A DNA stretch of 63,921 nt, the filler included, from Reticulomyxa filosa (Eukaryota; Protista; Foraminifera), in assembly GCA_000512085.1 (NCBI GenBank). It is 19 parts of 19 records of this genome, joined end to end, with 100 filler letters (N's around TTAATTAATTAA, not from the genome) between each part and the next. Parts side by side here need not be neighbours in the genome. Positions count along the whole stretch, not along the records: positions 1 to 3,872 come from ASPP01037255.1; positions 3,973 to 5,732 come from ASPP01004139.1; positions 5,833 to 9,740 come from ASPP01027837.1; positions 9,841 to 24,141 come from ASPP01010883.1; 15 more parts are not named here. One strand, written 5' to 3'. The position numbers were made by a program, and so were the translations under genes. This document shows, piece after piece, positions 1 through 13,876 of this stretch (its first letter is position 1; each line of letters starts with the position of its first letter). The notes under the pieces are model-generated. The model saw only the letters and a list, made by a program, of their open reading frames with translations, ran no database searches and was not told the DNA's origin.

Positions 1-1918
1 AATAGTTGTGGGATGAGTATCAATCGCAGTTATTCGCATTGTCAGCAGAGGAGCATGATTGGCAACAAGTGCGTTCTCACGGGACGTGCAAGAATGTCGT
101 AAGTGATATATTTCACGACTCGAGTAAAGGCAACACGTGGTTGGTGATTGGATGCAGCGACACTGCTTCGCTGAATGTGTATGAGATTGTGGCGTGGAAG
201 TCGGGACAGCAAACGGCCTCTCAAGACGGCGCTGGTGTCTTGCACAACGCAATCGCAGTACAACTTATTCGGCGAGGGACTCTACGTATTCCCTTTCTAT
301 GCGCCAAGCAACTCATGGAACTCGCTCCAAATAAAAAAGAAACCATTATTACCAAGTTATTCATTTTTTTTATTACAAAAAAAAAAAACAAATTTATTAT
401 ATGTTGCAAAAAAAAAAAAAATATATATATATATACGTTTGTTTGTATTGTGAATTGTCAGCTGCGAGGACAAGGTCTCACAGTATGTTTCGAGCGTGCA
501 AATAATGACCGGCCGCAAACAAAAGTACGTCGTTGTTGGGACAAATAAAGGGAGGATATATGATTACCCGTTGGGAGATACCCAAGACATAACGCCGCCG
601 GAAAATGTGGAGTGCTATATCAATCCCTATAACAAGAGCGCAGGTATAGCGCACATGCATCGCACAGCGAGTGGTCAGGAAGTTGTGTATGTGACAGCGT
701 TTGGTTGGCAGCGCATGCCGGCACCTGGATTTGAAGAAAATGATAGAAGCAGTAGTCGAGAAAGAGATGAATCCCAATTTTGTTCGTTTGAAAATAACAT
801 TGTTCTCAGTGTGAGTAGTGTTGTGATCGACATGACAAGCCAAAGGCATTTCCTATACATTGGCACGTCGACGGGGGAATTGTTCATTTACGATTTGAAA
901 CAAAGACTCAAGCGCAACCAACGATGTCGGCCTGTGGACCACTTTTCTGTTGGCAATGATGTCTCGTCATTAACTTTATTCGCAACGTCTTCCGGACATT
1001 TGTTCGTAGGAACCAACTCTGGGCTATACGTTTACAATGTATGGTATATCTTTGTAGCAAAACTAGAGGGAGTGAAACACAGAAAAAGGAGAAAAGAGAG
1101 AAAGAAAGAGGACAGAGGGCCTTTTTCTGTAAACTGCATAGACATATGCGTTATGTAAATGTATGCAATATATTGGAAGAAACATAATCATACACAAACC
1201 AAAATATTAGCAATCGCAAGTGAACGGAGCATATGAGCGATTAGAGCTTTCATTTGTGAAATATTATGATAGCGACTTTGAACGACATACAAGGTCGAAA
1301 ACACAAGAAAACGCTGCTGAAACACTGCGACGCGTTGACGCGACTCCGTTGTTGTCAGTATTTCAGATACTTCATTGGAAAGCTGTGATTGCATATGGAG
1401 GGGGGGGGTGCTGTCAACAGTCTTGAAGGTGGAGTCCCTCAAGGATGGATGGTCACTTTGGAGTCCTCTTTACCGAAAATCACCAGCAGAGGGCATCCTC
1501 GCAAGATCGGATTCTCGTTGCTTCAATCCATTTCCAAAGCCCCAATGTTACGTATACTGCCTCTCTGCTTATGTGTACATGCATTAGAAAACTTGAATCT
1601 TTTTTTTTTTTTTTTTGCATTTACAGAGCTTTAGGAATTGCCATCATCTTTTTCATATTTATCAAGGGGAAACGTACAAGCGATGGCAATGCCTCTCCAC
1701 TTACAGTTTTTGGTAAAATGTTTGGTCAAGGCACTGTTCTACGTCGCAATCAAGCAGGAGCACGTGGAAGACTGTCCCACAAATCTCGTGGGATGAATGT
1801 TAAGGAACGATGGGAAATGAGATATCCGGGCATTTCTGCACCGCAACAAATGCAAACAAACAAACAGCCTGAAAAAGCTAAGAGTGCTCGTCAAGGCCTG
1901 CCTTCTGACAGTGATTGA
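1..1918 (+). CDS. Multi-exon hypothetical protein with beta-propeller-like blades (5' truncated)
   Basis: GC-richer exons separated by AT/homopolymer introns. Blade-like motifs YVVVGTNKGRIY, LYIGTSTGELFIYDL, LFVGTNSGLYVY. Confidence 0.5.
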
Positions 1919-2652
1919 TCTTGCACTCCAACAATTCTATACTTTTTTTTTTTCAATTGTTCTTCCGTATAATAATGCACTTCAAGGATGATCTTTTATT
2001 ATTTGCGAATGTCCCTTTTCACGTATTTTCAAGCCACTCTACTTTTCCTGCTCCTTTTTTTTTTTGCTAAGAGCAGTGATAAGAACCAACAAGAAGAATG
2101 CTTTTGTAAGTCAATAGTCATTGAAGTATGAAATGTGTGGAGGAAAAGTAAATTGTTTTGGTAGATTGAAGAGACACACACACATTCCTCGTCAACACCT
2201 ATAAAAAATGTTAACAAAATATTTATAAAAAAATACATGAATTAAATTTGTTTTCCAAAGAAGCCAGCCAAAGTGAACTAAAACTTGACGAAATATGCCC
2301 AATTTTCGTTATAGGTGTCAACTACAATTTCAGATTGCTTTAAAAAACACAAGTTTTCTTTCTTTTTTATATGAAAAAAACAAGAAAAGTTTTGCACACT
2401 CATGCAGTCTCAAACAAACAAAACAAAAATAATAAAATAAAATAGATTAAACAATAAAGCAAACACTTTTCAATGAAAAGAAGAGAAAAAAGAGGTACAG
2501 AAAATGCTAATAGTGTAGATAGATAGAGAGAGAGAAGAGAAAAAAAGAAAAGGAGCTCAAACAAAAGCAAAAGTAAATAATAATAACAAAAAGACATGTG
2601 TGTGTATCTGAGAATGTAAAGATTCAGTGTCATATAGATAATTTGCATTGGT

Positions 2653-3460
2653 TTAGTCTGCTTCACTGCTATCGTCATCATCATCAATAATATCATGAAC
2701 GACTCTGACTTCACCAGCGTCAACGCATTGGAAACCATTTCCACTTGATCATCGGAGTTGTGACTTGGGTTAAGATTGGAGTGTTCAATGGCCATGATCA
2801 TAGTCAACGCCATTATACTGCTTACGATTGAAAAATGGTCTGGGATACTTTGTGGCAGTAGCCGTTGTAGCTGCAGTCGCCACGGAGGCCGAGGCAGTAG
2901 TAGTGGCAGTAGCAATATTCAAAGTGGTTTTGTTATTGAAGGTGGTAGATTTACTGTACTCGTGTCTGGGAACCAATTTGACGAACACGTGTTTGACCTT
3001 TTCTTGCCATTTTCAAATGCTCTCGAAATTGCCGACTGTTGAAATCGCAGAGGATCTCGTCCAATTGCTTTCATTTCACAAATATCCACATCATTTGGAA
3101 CATTGCCACTGCTAACAAAATGATTATACTTGTCGCAATGGCAATTCCATATTTATCGTCTCTCGCGGTCCAATCCAAAAATTTGTAAATGTACGAGTTC
3201 TTCGAATTGTGCGCGTGCAGATTGAGCGCATGCTCGACGACAATCGTAAACGCCAAGTATAGTACCGCACAGCCCAGTGCATATGCAATGGAATAAGAGA
3301 GAATGTCGTGCAACGAACACAAGTAATCCACCCAAAGCAATACGTACACAATGCCGTTGTCCAATACTTGGGTCAGGGTAGACCACCAGCTTTTCATTAT
3401 CACTTCGACTTTGAAGATCACTATTTACATTACTTAAACTTAACAATTTGTATAGCGTGG
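2653..3460 (-). CDS. Multi-pass membrane protein, FAR-17a/AIG1/rolling-stone-like, with several 1-nt frameshifts
   Basis: ORF 3071-3421 has hydrophobic helices and a YIYKFLDW motif. The coding-like tail (ATATTT..., DDDDDSSEAD*) is only reachable through single-base indels. Confidence 0.4.
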
Positions 3461-3872
3461 TCCCTTTTTTTTTTTAAAAAAAAAAAAAAAACTTTCAGTG
3501 AATTTTTTTCAAAAATTTTTTTTTACTTTCTTTTTGGCATTAAAAATCGAGCATTTTTGTTTCCGACAGATTATGAGACATTAACATTTTTTTTTTTCGA
3601 TCATTTGTTCTGGTGTAAATGACTTTTAAAACAGTATCACTTGGTAAAAAGGTAAGACGATAACCTCAAAATCAACGTGAACAACTTTGGACACTTTTAT
3701 ATCCATTGAGGGTTCACATCCTGATTACCAAGACCTACTTACTCCAAAAAATACAACAACTACCACAGAAAGAAGGAGACCAAAATCGTCGCCTGGTGCC
3801 CAATTTGCACACGAGAATTGTCCAAATTATATTACTGTTGGCAATATATTATTTTTAAAAATCAAATAATAG

Positions 3873-3972
3873 NNNNNNNNNNNNNNNNNNNNNNNNNNNN
3901 NNNNNNNNNNNNNNNNTTAATTAATTAANNNNNNNNNNNNNNNNNNNNNNNNNNNNNNNNNNNNNNNNNNNN
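3873..3972. other. Artificial contig spacer (first of 18)
   Basis: 100-bp N-run with central TTAATTAATTAA (stops in all six frames). Others start at 5733, 9741, 24142, 26204, 27923, 34403, 37520, 40929, 44380, 46047, 49150, 51044, 52341, 54530, 55802, 61522 and 62686. Confidence 0.98.
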
Positions 3973-5470
3973 AATCCGGATCTCGTCAAAGCAAAAGCAG
4001 ACGAAAAGACGAAAGAGGAGGAGAAAAAGAAAAGCGACGACAAGACGAAGGAAGAGGAGGATGAGGAGAGACGGAGACTGAAAGCAATGGAAGAGTTTGG
4101 ATGGATTCCAACGGACGATTTGGAAAAGGAGATTAAAATAGTAATTTATAAAAAATGTTTTTTTAAAAAAAAAAAAAAGGAAAAGTCATTGTAGCCCCCT
4201 TTTTTTTTTTTTTTATAAAAAAAAAAAGGAATAAAGAGCGTGCAATACATGGACCAACTTTCAACGAGAAGAAGAGTCAGAACAAGAAGAAGAAGAAGAA
4301 GAAGCAGCAAGAGCAAGTGACGAATAGTTTCGGAACAAAGCCAGAACCGAGTAAAGAAGACGACCAGAACAAAGACAAAAATGACAACAATGATAAAGAA
4401 GATAAAGAAGAAGAAGAAGAAGGGACGAATAAAGAAAGTAAAGAAGTCCGCACAAAGACAAAAGAATGGTTGGCATCTCTGTTGGAGCAGTACAAGATTC
4501 CACTGAGCCACGAATGCAAGATAGCAAAAGGTGCGACCAGATCGATATCGAGCATCGCGATTGAGCCGGCAAAGGGGGGACGAATGATCGTAGGAAGTTA
4601 TGACAACAACGTATACTTTTACGACTTTGGAGGGATGAATGGGGACTACGAATACTTCCGCATGTTGACTCCGCAGGATGGATATCCAGTGAAGAGTCTG
4701 GATTACAACTCGACCGGGGGCATGTTCTTGTGTGTGACGTCGTCGTCGCAGCCATGCGTATTCGACCGCGACGGCCATTTAGTCGTGGAATTTGCCAAGG
4801 GTGATATGTATTTGCACGACATGAACTACACGCTCGGACATATCATGCCGTGCAGTGGAGGCAGGTTCTGGCCAAAGCGCGATGACATGGTCGTCACGTG
4901 GTCGCAAGACTCGACTGTGCGCTTGTGGAACTTGGAACGCGAGCAAAAGTGCGCGCAGATTATTAAAGCGAGGTCGACCTCGGGCAAGCGCTTGCATATT
5001 AGCGCCGCTGATTTGGCTTTGGATTTGTCTGCGCTCGTTGTTGCATGTTCGGATGGGTCCTTGCAACTCTTTGATCCACGAAAGTGTCAACAAGCAGCAC
5101 AAGTGCAAGTGCAAGGACAAGTGCAAGTAAGGACAAGGAGGACAAGTGCAAGGACAAGTGCAAGGACAAGTGCAAGTGCAAGGACAGTGGCCCAAAACTG
5201 TTGTTCCACAATGCCATATGTCTAAAGACACTCACAATAGCAATGCGACATGCGTCAAGTTTGATCCCACCGATTCTCGTCTACTCGTCACCAGAGGGGG
5301 CCTCAACGACAACTCACTCAAAATTTGGGACCTTCGCAAGTTCAAAATGCCCGTCAAGTGCTTCGACCACTTGGAAAACAACTTTGATTGCACCAATGTC
5401 ATCTTCTCTCCCGATGCCAGGTTGATTGTCACCGGCACGTCCATGTCCAAAGATGATCATAACAAAGATC

Positions 5471-5525
<55 letters not shown>

Positions 5526-5732
5526 TAGTGTTGTCAGCAAAGGTAGCTTATGCTTCATTGAAAAAAAGTCACTTACTATGATACTCAGGACGCCAGTCAG
5601 CGAAAAGGCTATCACTTGTGTTCAATGGCATCGCAAACTGGATCAAATATTTGTCGGTTGTGGAGACAAAAATGTTCGCGTGTTTTATAAGCCTGGACAA
5701 TCCAAAAATGGTATACGTACATATATGTATAT
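3973..5732 (+). CDS. WDR70: WD repeat protein 70 / GAD-1 homolog (both ends truncated)
   Basis: Family motifs GSYDNNVYFYDFGGM, VFDRDG, KGDMYLHDMNYTLGH, TRGG.NDNSLKIWDLR, FSPD..LIVTGTS and WHRKLDQIFVG across ORFs 4317-5225 and 5146 onward. Confidence 0.85.
5473..5523 (+). repeat. (AAT)n microsatellite encoding poly-Asn
   Basis: Seen directly, in frame within WDR70. Confidence 0.9.
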
Positions 5733-6714
5733 NNNNNNNNNNNNNNNNNNNNNNNNNNNNNNNNNNNNNNNNNNNNTTAATTAATTAANNNNNNNNNNNN
5801 NNNNNNNNNNNNNNNNNNNNNNNNNNNNNNNNTGCTGGATATCAAGAATTTTACGATTTCATCTTTCCTTCTGATCAACTTTTCCCTTCTGGTGCTCTTA
5901 AACTGCTCCAACATGCCAAGTCTTGGAAGCAAAACACTTCTTTACCCTCCGATTGATTTTTTCTTACTTTTTCTCTGATCTTTTTGATGTCGTCACACCA
6001 TTCTTTGTCGCTTTGAATTGTGTGTTGTTGCCTGTCCGAAATCTTTTTTACTAAAAATGATCTAAAGGGATTCACTGCTCTTGTTGAGGAAATGTACTCT
6101 TAAGAACATTTTTGTAACAAAGTGTTCAAAATGTCTCGACAAAGCTTTGCAATTTCAATGGTTGGTCACAGGGTCGCACACATTTTTTACGTTTAATAAA
6201 AAGACCCAATGGACATCGACATTTTTCATGTTTCTCTACACTTTTATTTAAAAAAACAAAGGTTAGTTCAAGTATTCGACGTTACTCTTCTTTAACTCTG
6301 TTTTTCCGTAAACGTCAAAAAAAAGGATGTTGATAAAAAAAATGCAAGCTTTACATCTCTGACAACGTTTTGAAAAACTTCAAGAAGAATATGGAAAAAA
6401 ACAAATACTCCAAGATATTGCCGTATCTGTTTATTGAAACAATTATTTGGTATATTGTCAAATTCTGCATTTTCGGCTCGATCAAACAAAAAAAAAAATT
6501 CAAACGGCTTGATTTGCAAACACAAACGTGCTATGATATTTTGTAAAATTGGTTCTTAAAATGTTTTATATATCATCTTCATCCCATATCCCAATGAATC
6601 ATATATGTATATGCATCAAATAAATTGGATTGAAATGTTAATGGTATCATTTGATTCCTTTTTTTGCTTGGATGTCAGATATAGGCCTGTCTATCCTGTC
6701 AAAACACAACAAGA

Positions 6715-9700
6715 TCAAATGAGGGCTCCTGACCTAGGTTCAACATCAGGTCGTGGTGCCGTGCTGCTGGGTGGCCAATAAACTCTGATTTTCAAATCCT
6801 CGAGAATCTTGCGAATGCCAAAGATAATTTCGCTATGCTGATTCCAGCGAGCCCTTCCATTGGCGAATGAGAGCAAGCTGTCAATCCACAGACAAACACG
6901 AGTTCTCCCCAATTGGTCGAATTCATAAAAAATGATCCATACGTTGTCATTGGAAATTAAAGGAATGACGTGTTTAATATAAATCATAAACAATTTTTTG
7001 AATTCCTCTAATTGTTTGTTGGTAGTTTCTTGCTGAGACGAAAAAGCTAATGTTGTGTGTTTCATTTCGACTTCTAGAACAATTAAGCATTCCTTGCAGG
7101 TACACTAATATTTGGGTATTGGACCAAACAGCAGGAGTCCCCCACGAGGTTTCAAAAAACGTGGAGGTCAAGCCCATTTTCTTCACAGTGTAGCGAGTGT
7201 TGTTCAAATAGATGACGTGGCCAACACTAAAAGGTTGGATTAAGTAGATTAAGATGACACCATTCACGATGCTGCTCAACGCGCTACTTCCAAATATTAA
7301 CACCAGTGCAATCAGCGACGCGTACATCGATATGGCAGTTGTAATATCATAATGAAATACTAACAAAAACACAAAGCAAGCCACGAAGAACATCAGTAAA
7401 CTGACTGTCGCATCCAAGTTGTCCAAGATATCCCGATACGAATCATACTATAGCAATTGTATGTGGTGTGTATATATAAAATAAATGAGAAAGAGGGGGG
7501 GGGGTGGGGGTGGGTGACATTAAAAAAAAAAATATATATATATACATGTATATAATTTTACAATGTACGTATACGTACATTTCTCTTCCTTTTAAAACAA
7601 AAAAAAAAAAAAAAAGACAAAACAGTTTGTCTGGCATTGATAGTGTCTGTAAAGAAGTGGAATAGCCTCCGTGCAAGTTGACATAAGTGACTTTACCTTT
7701 TTGTCCACTGTCAAACCTCCGAAAAGCCCGATGTGCTTCGTAGCGTTTTCCACTTCCAAAAATTTTGACAAAGTCACTTTCGATCAAATATCCGCGAGCG
7801 CTTTTCTTCAGCAAAGTTGGACTGGGATTGTTATGTGTGGATCCTTGATTTTTTTTTGGCGGCAGTATTATGATTATTGTTATTGTTATTATTGGATCGA
7901 AGTGATAATCCACTTCGATTCTCTTTGCTAAAGGAGGAGTCATAATTCATCAGTACAGTCCGCGACAGCACATAACGCATAATGTAAGCGGCCAGTATTT
8001 TGGACACTTTTTTCAATGTTTTTTCATCGGCAATGGTGACCTTGGTCTTGACTGAGTCGAATGCCCACAAAGTGATGTGATCTTTGATTGTCTGCGAGGA
8101 GTTGACGTCATGTGCCGTCGCTGCCAATCGAATTTTTTTCCACAGTGGATCGACGACTTCGCAATGTCGCGACCAGGTAGTGAAGTAGTACTTGCTGGGG
8201 TCCTTCCTGCCGCCCGCGACGCCACGAGCGTGTTTGGGCTTGGCAAAGAATTCGTGGAAGGTGAGCGTGGTCCATTTGGGATGGGCGTGTCGTTGGCGTT
8301 TGGTATGAAGCAAGCGATAGAAACTGTTGTGACTTTGTTTGTATGCAAGCAAGCTGTCCACGTCATTGTCTTTCTTCATCGTAGTGTGTTCAGAGACAGG
8401 TTTCATGGAAGAAGAAGAGATAGCCATCCAATCGTTGGGATGGGGCACATCGAGAGATTTCTTCTTTTCCAAAGATGTCGTGGCCATTGTCATTGTTACG
8501 TCATTGGCAGTGTCAGTTTTCACTTCCAATAATCCATCTTCCAACATTTCTTGTTGTTGTTCGTCTTCATCGTCATTTCCTTTCTTTGTGCCCTTTTTTC
8601 TTTTTCCCCCCTCCGCTTCCCTTTTTTTCTTTCCCCTTCTTGTCTTCCTTTTCTCTTTCTCTTTCGATAGTCATGTCCCCCACGCCTATCTGCGAATGTT
8701 CCATGTCGGTCCCTGTGCTCATCTCATTTTGATATCGCAATGGCATGGGCTGCTCGGCGGGGGCCACCGAGGACGTCTTGCTCTCCTCCGTGTTGGCACG
8801 ATGTTTGCGATGTAGCATACTGCCAAAGGGATTGGCCAGACCCAAACCACTTGCATTAGCCTTGGCATTGACATTGACATTGACATTGACATTGTCTTCG
8901 CCATGGCTAGTAGGATGAGACAGATTTCGATCCATGGTAGAGTGGCTCTCCAAGCCTTCCATGTCGTCGGCAGGGGACGACACTATCACATGTCGAAACT
9001 GCTCGACGAGCAAGGGGTCATGTTGTGTCACATTCAGGCAAAATGCATGCAAGTGCTCCGTGCGATACAGCTTCTGTGCTTTCGGATGAGACGGAAAGCT
9101 CACCAAAAAGTCGGTTAGACTCGGAGTGAATACCTTCTTATCTCCCAGCAATGACTTCAGCCATGATTCATACGCACTTAGTTTCTATGGCAAAGACATA
9201 ATTATGTATATACATTATTGTAAGTTTCTATGTTTTAAAAAAAAAAAAAAAAAACAATATCAACTTCAAACAGTCGGAAATATTTGGATAGGTAAATCCT
9301 GGCATTGAAAAAACGAATGGCCATGGACTTGATGAACATAAGCCATTCCAAAATCAACAAACACAACAACACTCGAAAAAATGTGGTCAGCTTGCCATAG
9401 TCCTCTTCCAAATGCCAAACGTTAATGTCACTGTTGGCCGTGAACACTCCCACCAACACCATGAAACATATAAACGATAGGTTCACTTGCACAAAGCGAG
9501 CTGTGCTGCTTTCCAGCGGCAAAAAGTAAAAGTGGATTTTCCAGTTGTTCTTGAAAAATATTTGCAGCAAAAACGACACCATCGATGATATTATCCTGCT
9601 GATCGCCACAAACCAAAAGATGCTTGATATCCAAAAAAACCACGCATACGCGGGAATATCCAGTCCTTCGCGGTCATGGTCCAAATAATAATACAGCATA

Positions 9701-9740
9701 CCCCCAACTAAAAATAGGCTGCCTTTTTTTTTTTTTTTTT
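6715..9740 (-). CDS. MscS-like mechanosensitive channel with EF-hand (5' truncated)
   Basis: N-terminal TM helices (9235-9699), EF-hand-like AFRRFDSGQKGKVTY, and MscS core FGSSALSSIVNGVILIYLIQPFSVGHVIYL...VKKMGLTSTFF. GT-AG introns. Apparent 1-nt frameshifts near 8575 and 7035. Confidence 0.85.
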
Positions 9741-9840
9741 NNNNNNNNNNNNNNNNNNNNNNNNNNNNNNNNNNNNNNNNNNNNTTAATTAATTAANNNN
9801 NNNNNNNNNNNNNNNNNNNNNNNNNNNNNNNNNNNNNNNN

Positions 9841-9878
<38 letters not shown>

Positions 9879-10594
9879 TCCATTTCAAACACAACTTCTT
9901 GTTTTCACCAAATGATCAGTTTTGTCTGAAATTTGATTGGGTGCAGGATCTACAATGGGGTTATTGTACGGGATTGTCGGCTTTGTCGGCCCGTTTCTCT
10001 CTTCTCTGTTCGTTTTGTTCCCATGCAAGCGAGATTTGCTTGTTGGCCTGAACAGAGGATTTATTTTGACTTTCAATTGAGAACCATACATATAGTACAC
10101 AAATGAAGGTAGCCCTTTCTCTCTAACCTTGCAATATTTGACATAGTTGTTGAATCACATATATAGAATATATATTTAAAAAAGGAAACTTACATTCATA
10201 GCAACAAAAAAAAGCACTTTCTTAGAATTTTTATTTTGTCTTTCAACAAAAACTGCAAATGGTTTTATGCACAAACATTGTTCCAACTATCGATTTCAAA
10301 ATTCAACAACAATGCTCAAGAGTTATTCCTTTCGAATGTGTGTAAGTTATATACGAAGTGGAAAAGTAATACTTGTCATTTCTTCTGAGTACAATCAAAT
10401 CTTTGCAGGTGTTGAATAAAATGAGGGACGAAAAAAAAGTAAATAAAGGGATTAAAAAAAACAAAACACTAATTGGTAGTGTAAAACACCATTGTTAGAG
10501 ATACCAAGTATTAATTTCTGACAACACAACGAACAATCGAATTTAAAAAGAAAAAAGGACCATGTTGCAATTAAATATGCTGACACAAAACAAA

Positions 10595-12950
10595 TCAATC
10601 ATACAATTCACTAAAAATTTCGTCCATATTTCCCTTTTTTCAAGCAATAGTTTAACAATTAACTGTTTGTCCTGAATGCCCACACCAATCAGTTGTTGTG
10701 CCTCTGTCGAGTATTCAAACTGATCGGAAAGAGGGATTGATCTTGTTTCATCGGATGAATGGAGAGGAGTTTTGTTGGCACCATGAGTATTGGTTTGAGA
10801 ATTGACTTTGCTTGTAGCGCATTGAAAGCAAACGTTGTAACCAAAAGGATGTCTGGCATTTTTTTGGATCGGACAATAAAAAAGGATGTGCTGTTTATCA
10901 CAATCGATTTCGCACTTATTGCATGCAACTTTGGAGTGATTTGGCACTGCTGCTGGGATTGATGGGAGCATTACTTCTCCACACAAGCAACGTATTTCTG
11001 AAACGCAGTCTGACTGTGTCGATGATTCGTCTTCCTTTTTTTCGTTTTCTTTTGCTCTTTCTTCATCTTCATTACTATCTTCATTTTTATCATTGTTTTT
11101 ATCTTTTTCTTTATTTTGCTCTTGCTCATCGTATTCATGTTCTCCATCTTGTTCTTGCACTTGTTCTTGTTCGTTCTCTTGCTCTTGCTCTTGCTTTTGT
11201 CCTTGCACTTTATCTTTTTCGTCATCTTGTTCTTGTTCTTGTTCTTGCTCTTGCTCTTGCTCTTGTTCTTGCTCTTGCTCTTGCTCTTGCTGGCTGTCCT
11301 TATCTGTTCCATCTCCCTCTTTTTGTGTCTTATATCCGTGGTTCCGCGAAATGGTGAGCTTCATAAATTCTCTCAGCAATTTGGTCTTTTTTGTAGCCTC
11401 TTTGTTCTTCTTGTCCTTGTGACACAGATAGACGGAGTTGATGTAGCAACTGCGACCACGTGGACGGGACTGGTAATGCGGATGGACAAACAGGTGGTCG
11501 TACTTTCTCCTTCCGACCATTTGCAGCAATCCAACCAAATTCTGACTTGCATTGCATTGTTTGCCAATTGGTCGAGTGATTTTAACCAAAGGGTGGTCGG
11601 CACAATGTTGTTTCGTGGATTCACAGTTTTCGCACAAGTCATAATTCGCACAAACGCCACACTTGTAACGAGTCCCTCGAATCGGATAGGTTCCGCAAAG
11701 GTTGCATTTTACTTCGAAATGAATTGCTTCCCTTTCCTTTTCTTTCTATCATAAGGAAGGAGGGAGAGAGAGAGGAGGGGAGGATACACAAACAATGATT
11801 GTCACTCTCAAAACAAACATTTTTTTTTTTTTTTTTTTTTTAAAAAAAAAGACTTTTCCAAACCTGATTATGCCAAGCACCGGAATTCGGACTACACATA
11901 CCCCGGCCTTGGTGATCAACCGAACAAGCGGCCAACAAGTGCAGCATATCAAAGACCCACGAATTGGTCGTTTTGTCATCTACTCTCATGCCATACACAT
12001 AAAGACATGTTTTGTATCATACATTTACATACAATCACACAAATGTGCAACCACGTCGAAAGAGATATCAAAACTGAGAGCCAGCAGCACATGTGTAAGG
12101 TGCTGTGCATCACGTAGCAACATCGGCATCAGTCTTTGTGCATGCCGTTGAAAGAGCTCATGGTTGACAATATTCTCAAACGTTTTGTCCCTCAACACAC
12201 TTCGGACAATCTCACCCAACGGCGTGTCTCTGTTGTTCCTTCTTTCTTCACGAAGTATGCCTATTATTTTCCCCATCAGCTCTGGTATCAATGGCCTTAC
12301 TTTATTGTCGAACAATAGTCTCAACACAATATCAGACCTTTTGACATTTTTTTTTTTTTTTTTTTTACTTTTTATTTGTATCAATTTTTTTATTTATTTA
12401 TTTAAATTTTTTTTTTTTTTTTTTTGAAAACCCCCCTTCCTTTCTCCCTCTTCCCTTGCGGAAATTTGTTTGTTTGTTTGTTTGTCTAAACCAGTTCGGT
12501 TTTTCCATGTCGAATTTCGCTTCAATGTTGCCTTCCGTTTTCTTCGTTTTGTCCGACACATGCTTTCGTTTTGTTGTTGCCACAAACAAAGGCCCTTTGG
12601 AACAGAGCTTTGCTGTTTTTTTGTTGGTGGTGCTTGTTGGACAAAAAAATATTATTTACAAAAACCTGATGCATTGCTGTCATTGGCCCGGCAGACACGT
12701 AAATCTTTAAGGACGGACGATTCTGCTGTGTCGTACAATCTAATGCGTCCTGCAAATCTTGTTCATTAGATATTGTCACTCGATCTTTTTCCGAATCTTC
12801 AAACTGTAAGTAATAACCATTTTTGAACTCGTTGTTCCACATTTTTTCTACGAAACCGAGCAAATTAGCATAACGTTGCTCAGCAGGGTAATGCCAACAT
12901 CTCATGTCATTTCCAAAGATTACTTTCACTTTCAACCCAGAGGAACTCAT
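10595..12950 (-). CDS. PB1-ZZ-ZZ-(Cys domain)-UBA-like protein, NBR1/SQSTM1-type autophagy receptor-like
   Basis: PB1 (KVKVIFGNDMR...YLQFEDSEKDRVTISNEQDL). Two ZZ fingers (CCTC...CSP NSGAW; CGTYPIRGTRYKCGVCANYDLCENCE). EQ-rich linker. C-terminal QLIGVGIQDKQLIVKLLLEK(K)GNMDEIFSEL UBA-like helix set. Confidence 0.75.
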
Positions 12951-13876
12951 TTTTGGCAAAACAATTATTTAAAAAAAAAGTTCATTTAAAAAAAACTTTA
13001 CACTTTACCAGTTGAGTTTTGGTGTGCTTATCATGATCAAAAACAGAAGAAATAAATATATCATTTTTCTGCTTAAAATGTGATAATAAACAATTGGCAA
13101 TAAAAAAATATCACAAATTGACACCAAATTTGAATCAACAAATTCAAATATTGCAATCCATTCCTCCCAAAGTGCACACATGATGAAAAAAAAAGAAAGT
13201 TTATTGCGTCTAGCCTGTTGTACATTTAAAACAAGATTTATAAAAAAAAACACAACTATTCCTTTTTTGAAAGATCGGAATGTTGCTGTCTCAACTCATT
13301 AATTGTTTTTAGTATTGTAATCAGTGTAACCTATGTACAGATAGGAGCATAACTAAAAAAGAATTTCTTTTGATTTTGGTCCAAAGAACTAGAGTTAATA
13401 ACAGCAGCAATATTTTTCAAGTTCATAGAAACGCATTTACTCAATAATTACATCATTTGTTATTATCACTCTTTATATTGTTTGTTTCTCACAGACAGAC
13501 TTGAATTGCTATTATTAAATCGTTACGGAATTCATTCTATTTCAAAGTTTGGAGCCGAATAAAGTATGGCCCTAAACTTAAGGAAAAACATATCTAATTT
13601 TTACTTTTTTTTATATTTGTGGCGGATAACAGTATGATAGTAGCGGCTGACAACGCTTGTTTGTTTTAGTAACGAAATGTTATTTTTTGTTATTAAAACA
13701 CAAACAGAAATTTTGGGGCTTAAATTTCTTTTTTTAGATGGTATTATAACTTTTAATTGCACAACATTCTTTTTTAAAGAAATTGAAGCAAAAATATCAT
13801 TTAAGAGTTTTTATTTAAAAAATGATCCTATTGTGTTGTAAAAGAGCGCGTCTGAGTCCCTACAAACTCTTTAAAA

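Noticed and set aside
3873-3972. Recurring TTAATTAATTAA palindrome as a biological repeat or CRISPR-like unit
   Set aside because: Always centred in an identical 100-bp N block; it is a concatenation linker with stops in all frames.
9700-10100. Joining the 9885-10100 ORF to the MscS gene across the spacer
   Set aside because: Other junctions (e.g. 26204) clearly join unrelated loci, so contig adjacency cannot be trusted.
10923-11754. Long antisense ORFs (poly-CS, poly-LF, GLVG repeats) here and at 60-62 kb
   Set aside because: Shadows of low-complexity coding repeats on the opposite strand.
13545-13660. Imperfect hairpin and C/D-like boxes suggesting a snoRNA
   Set aside because: Single copy, weak stem, non-canonical box C; insufficient support.
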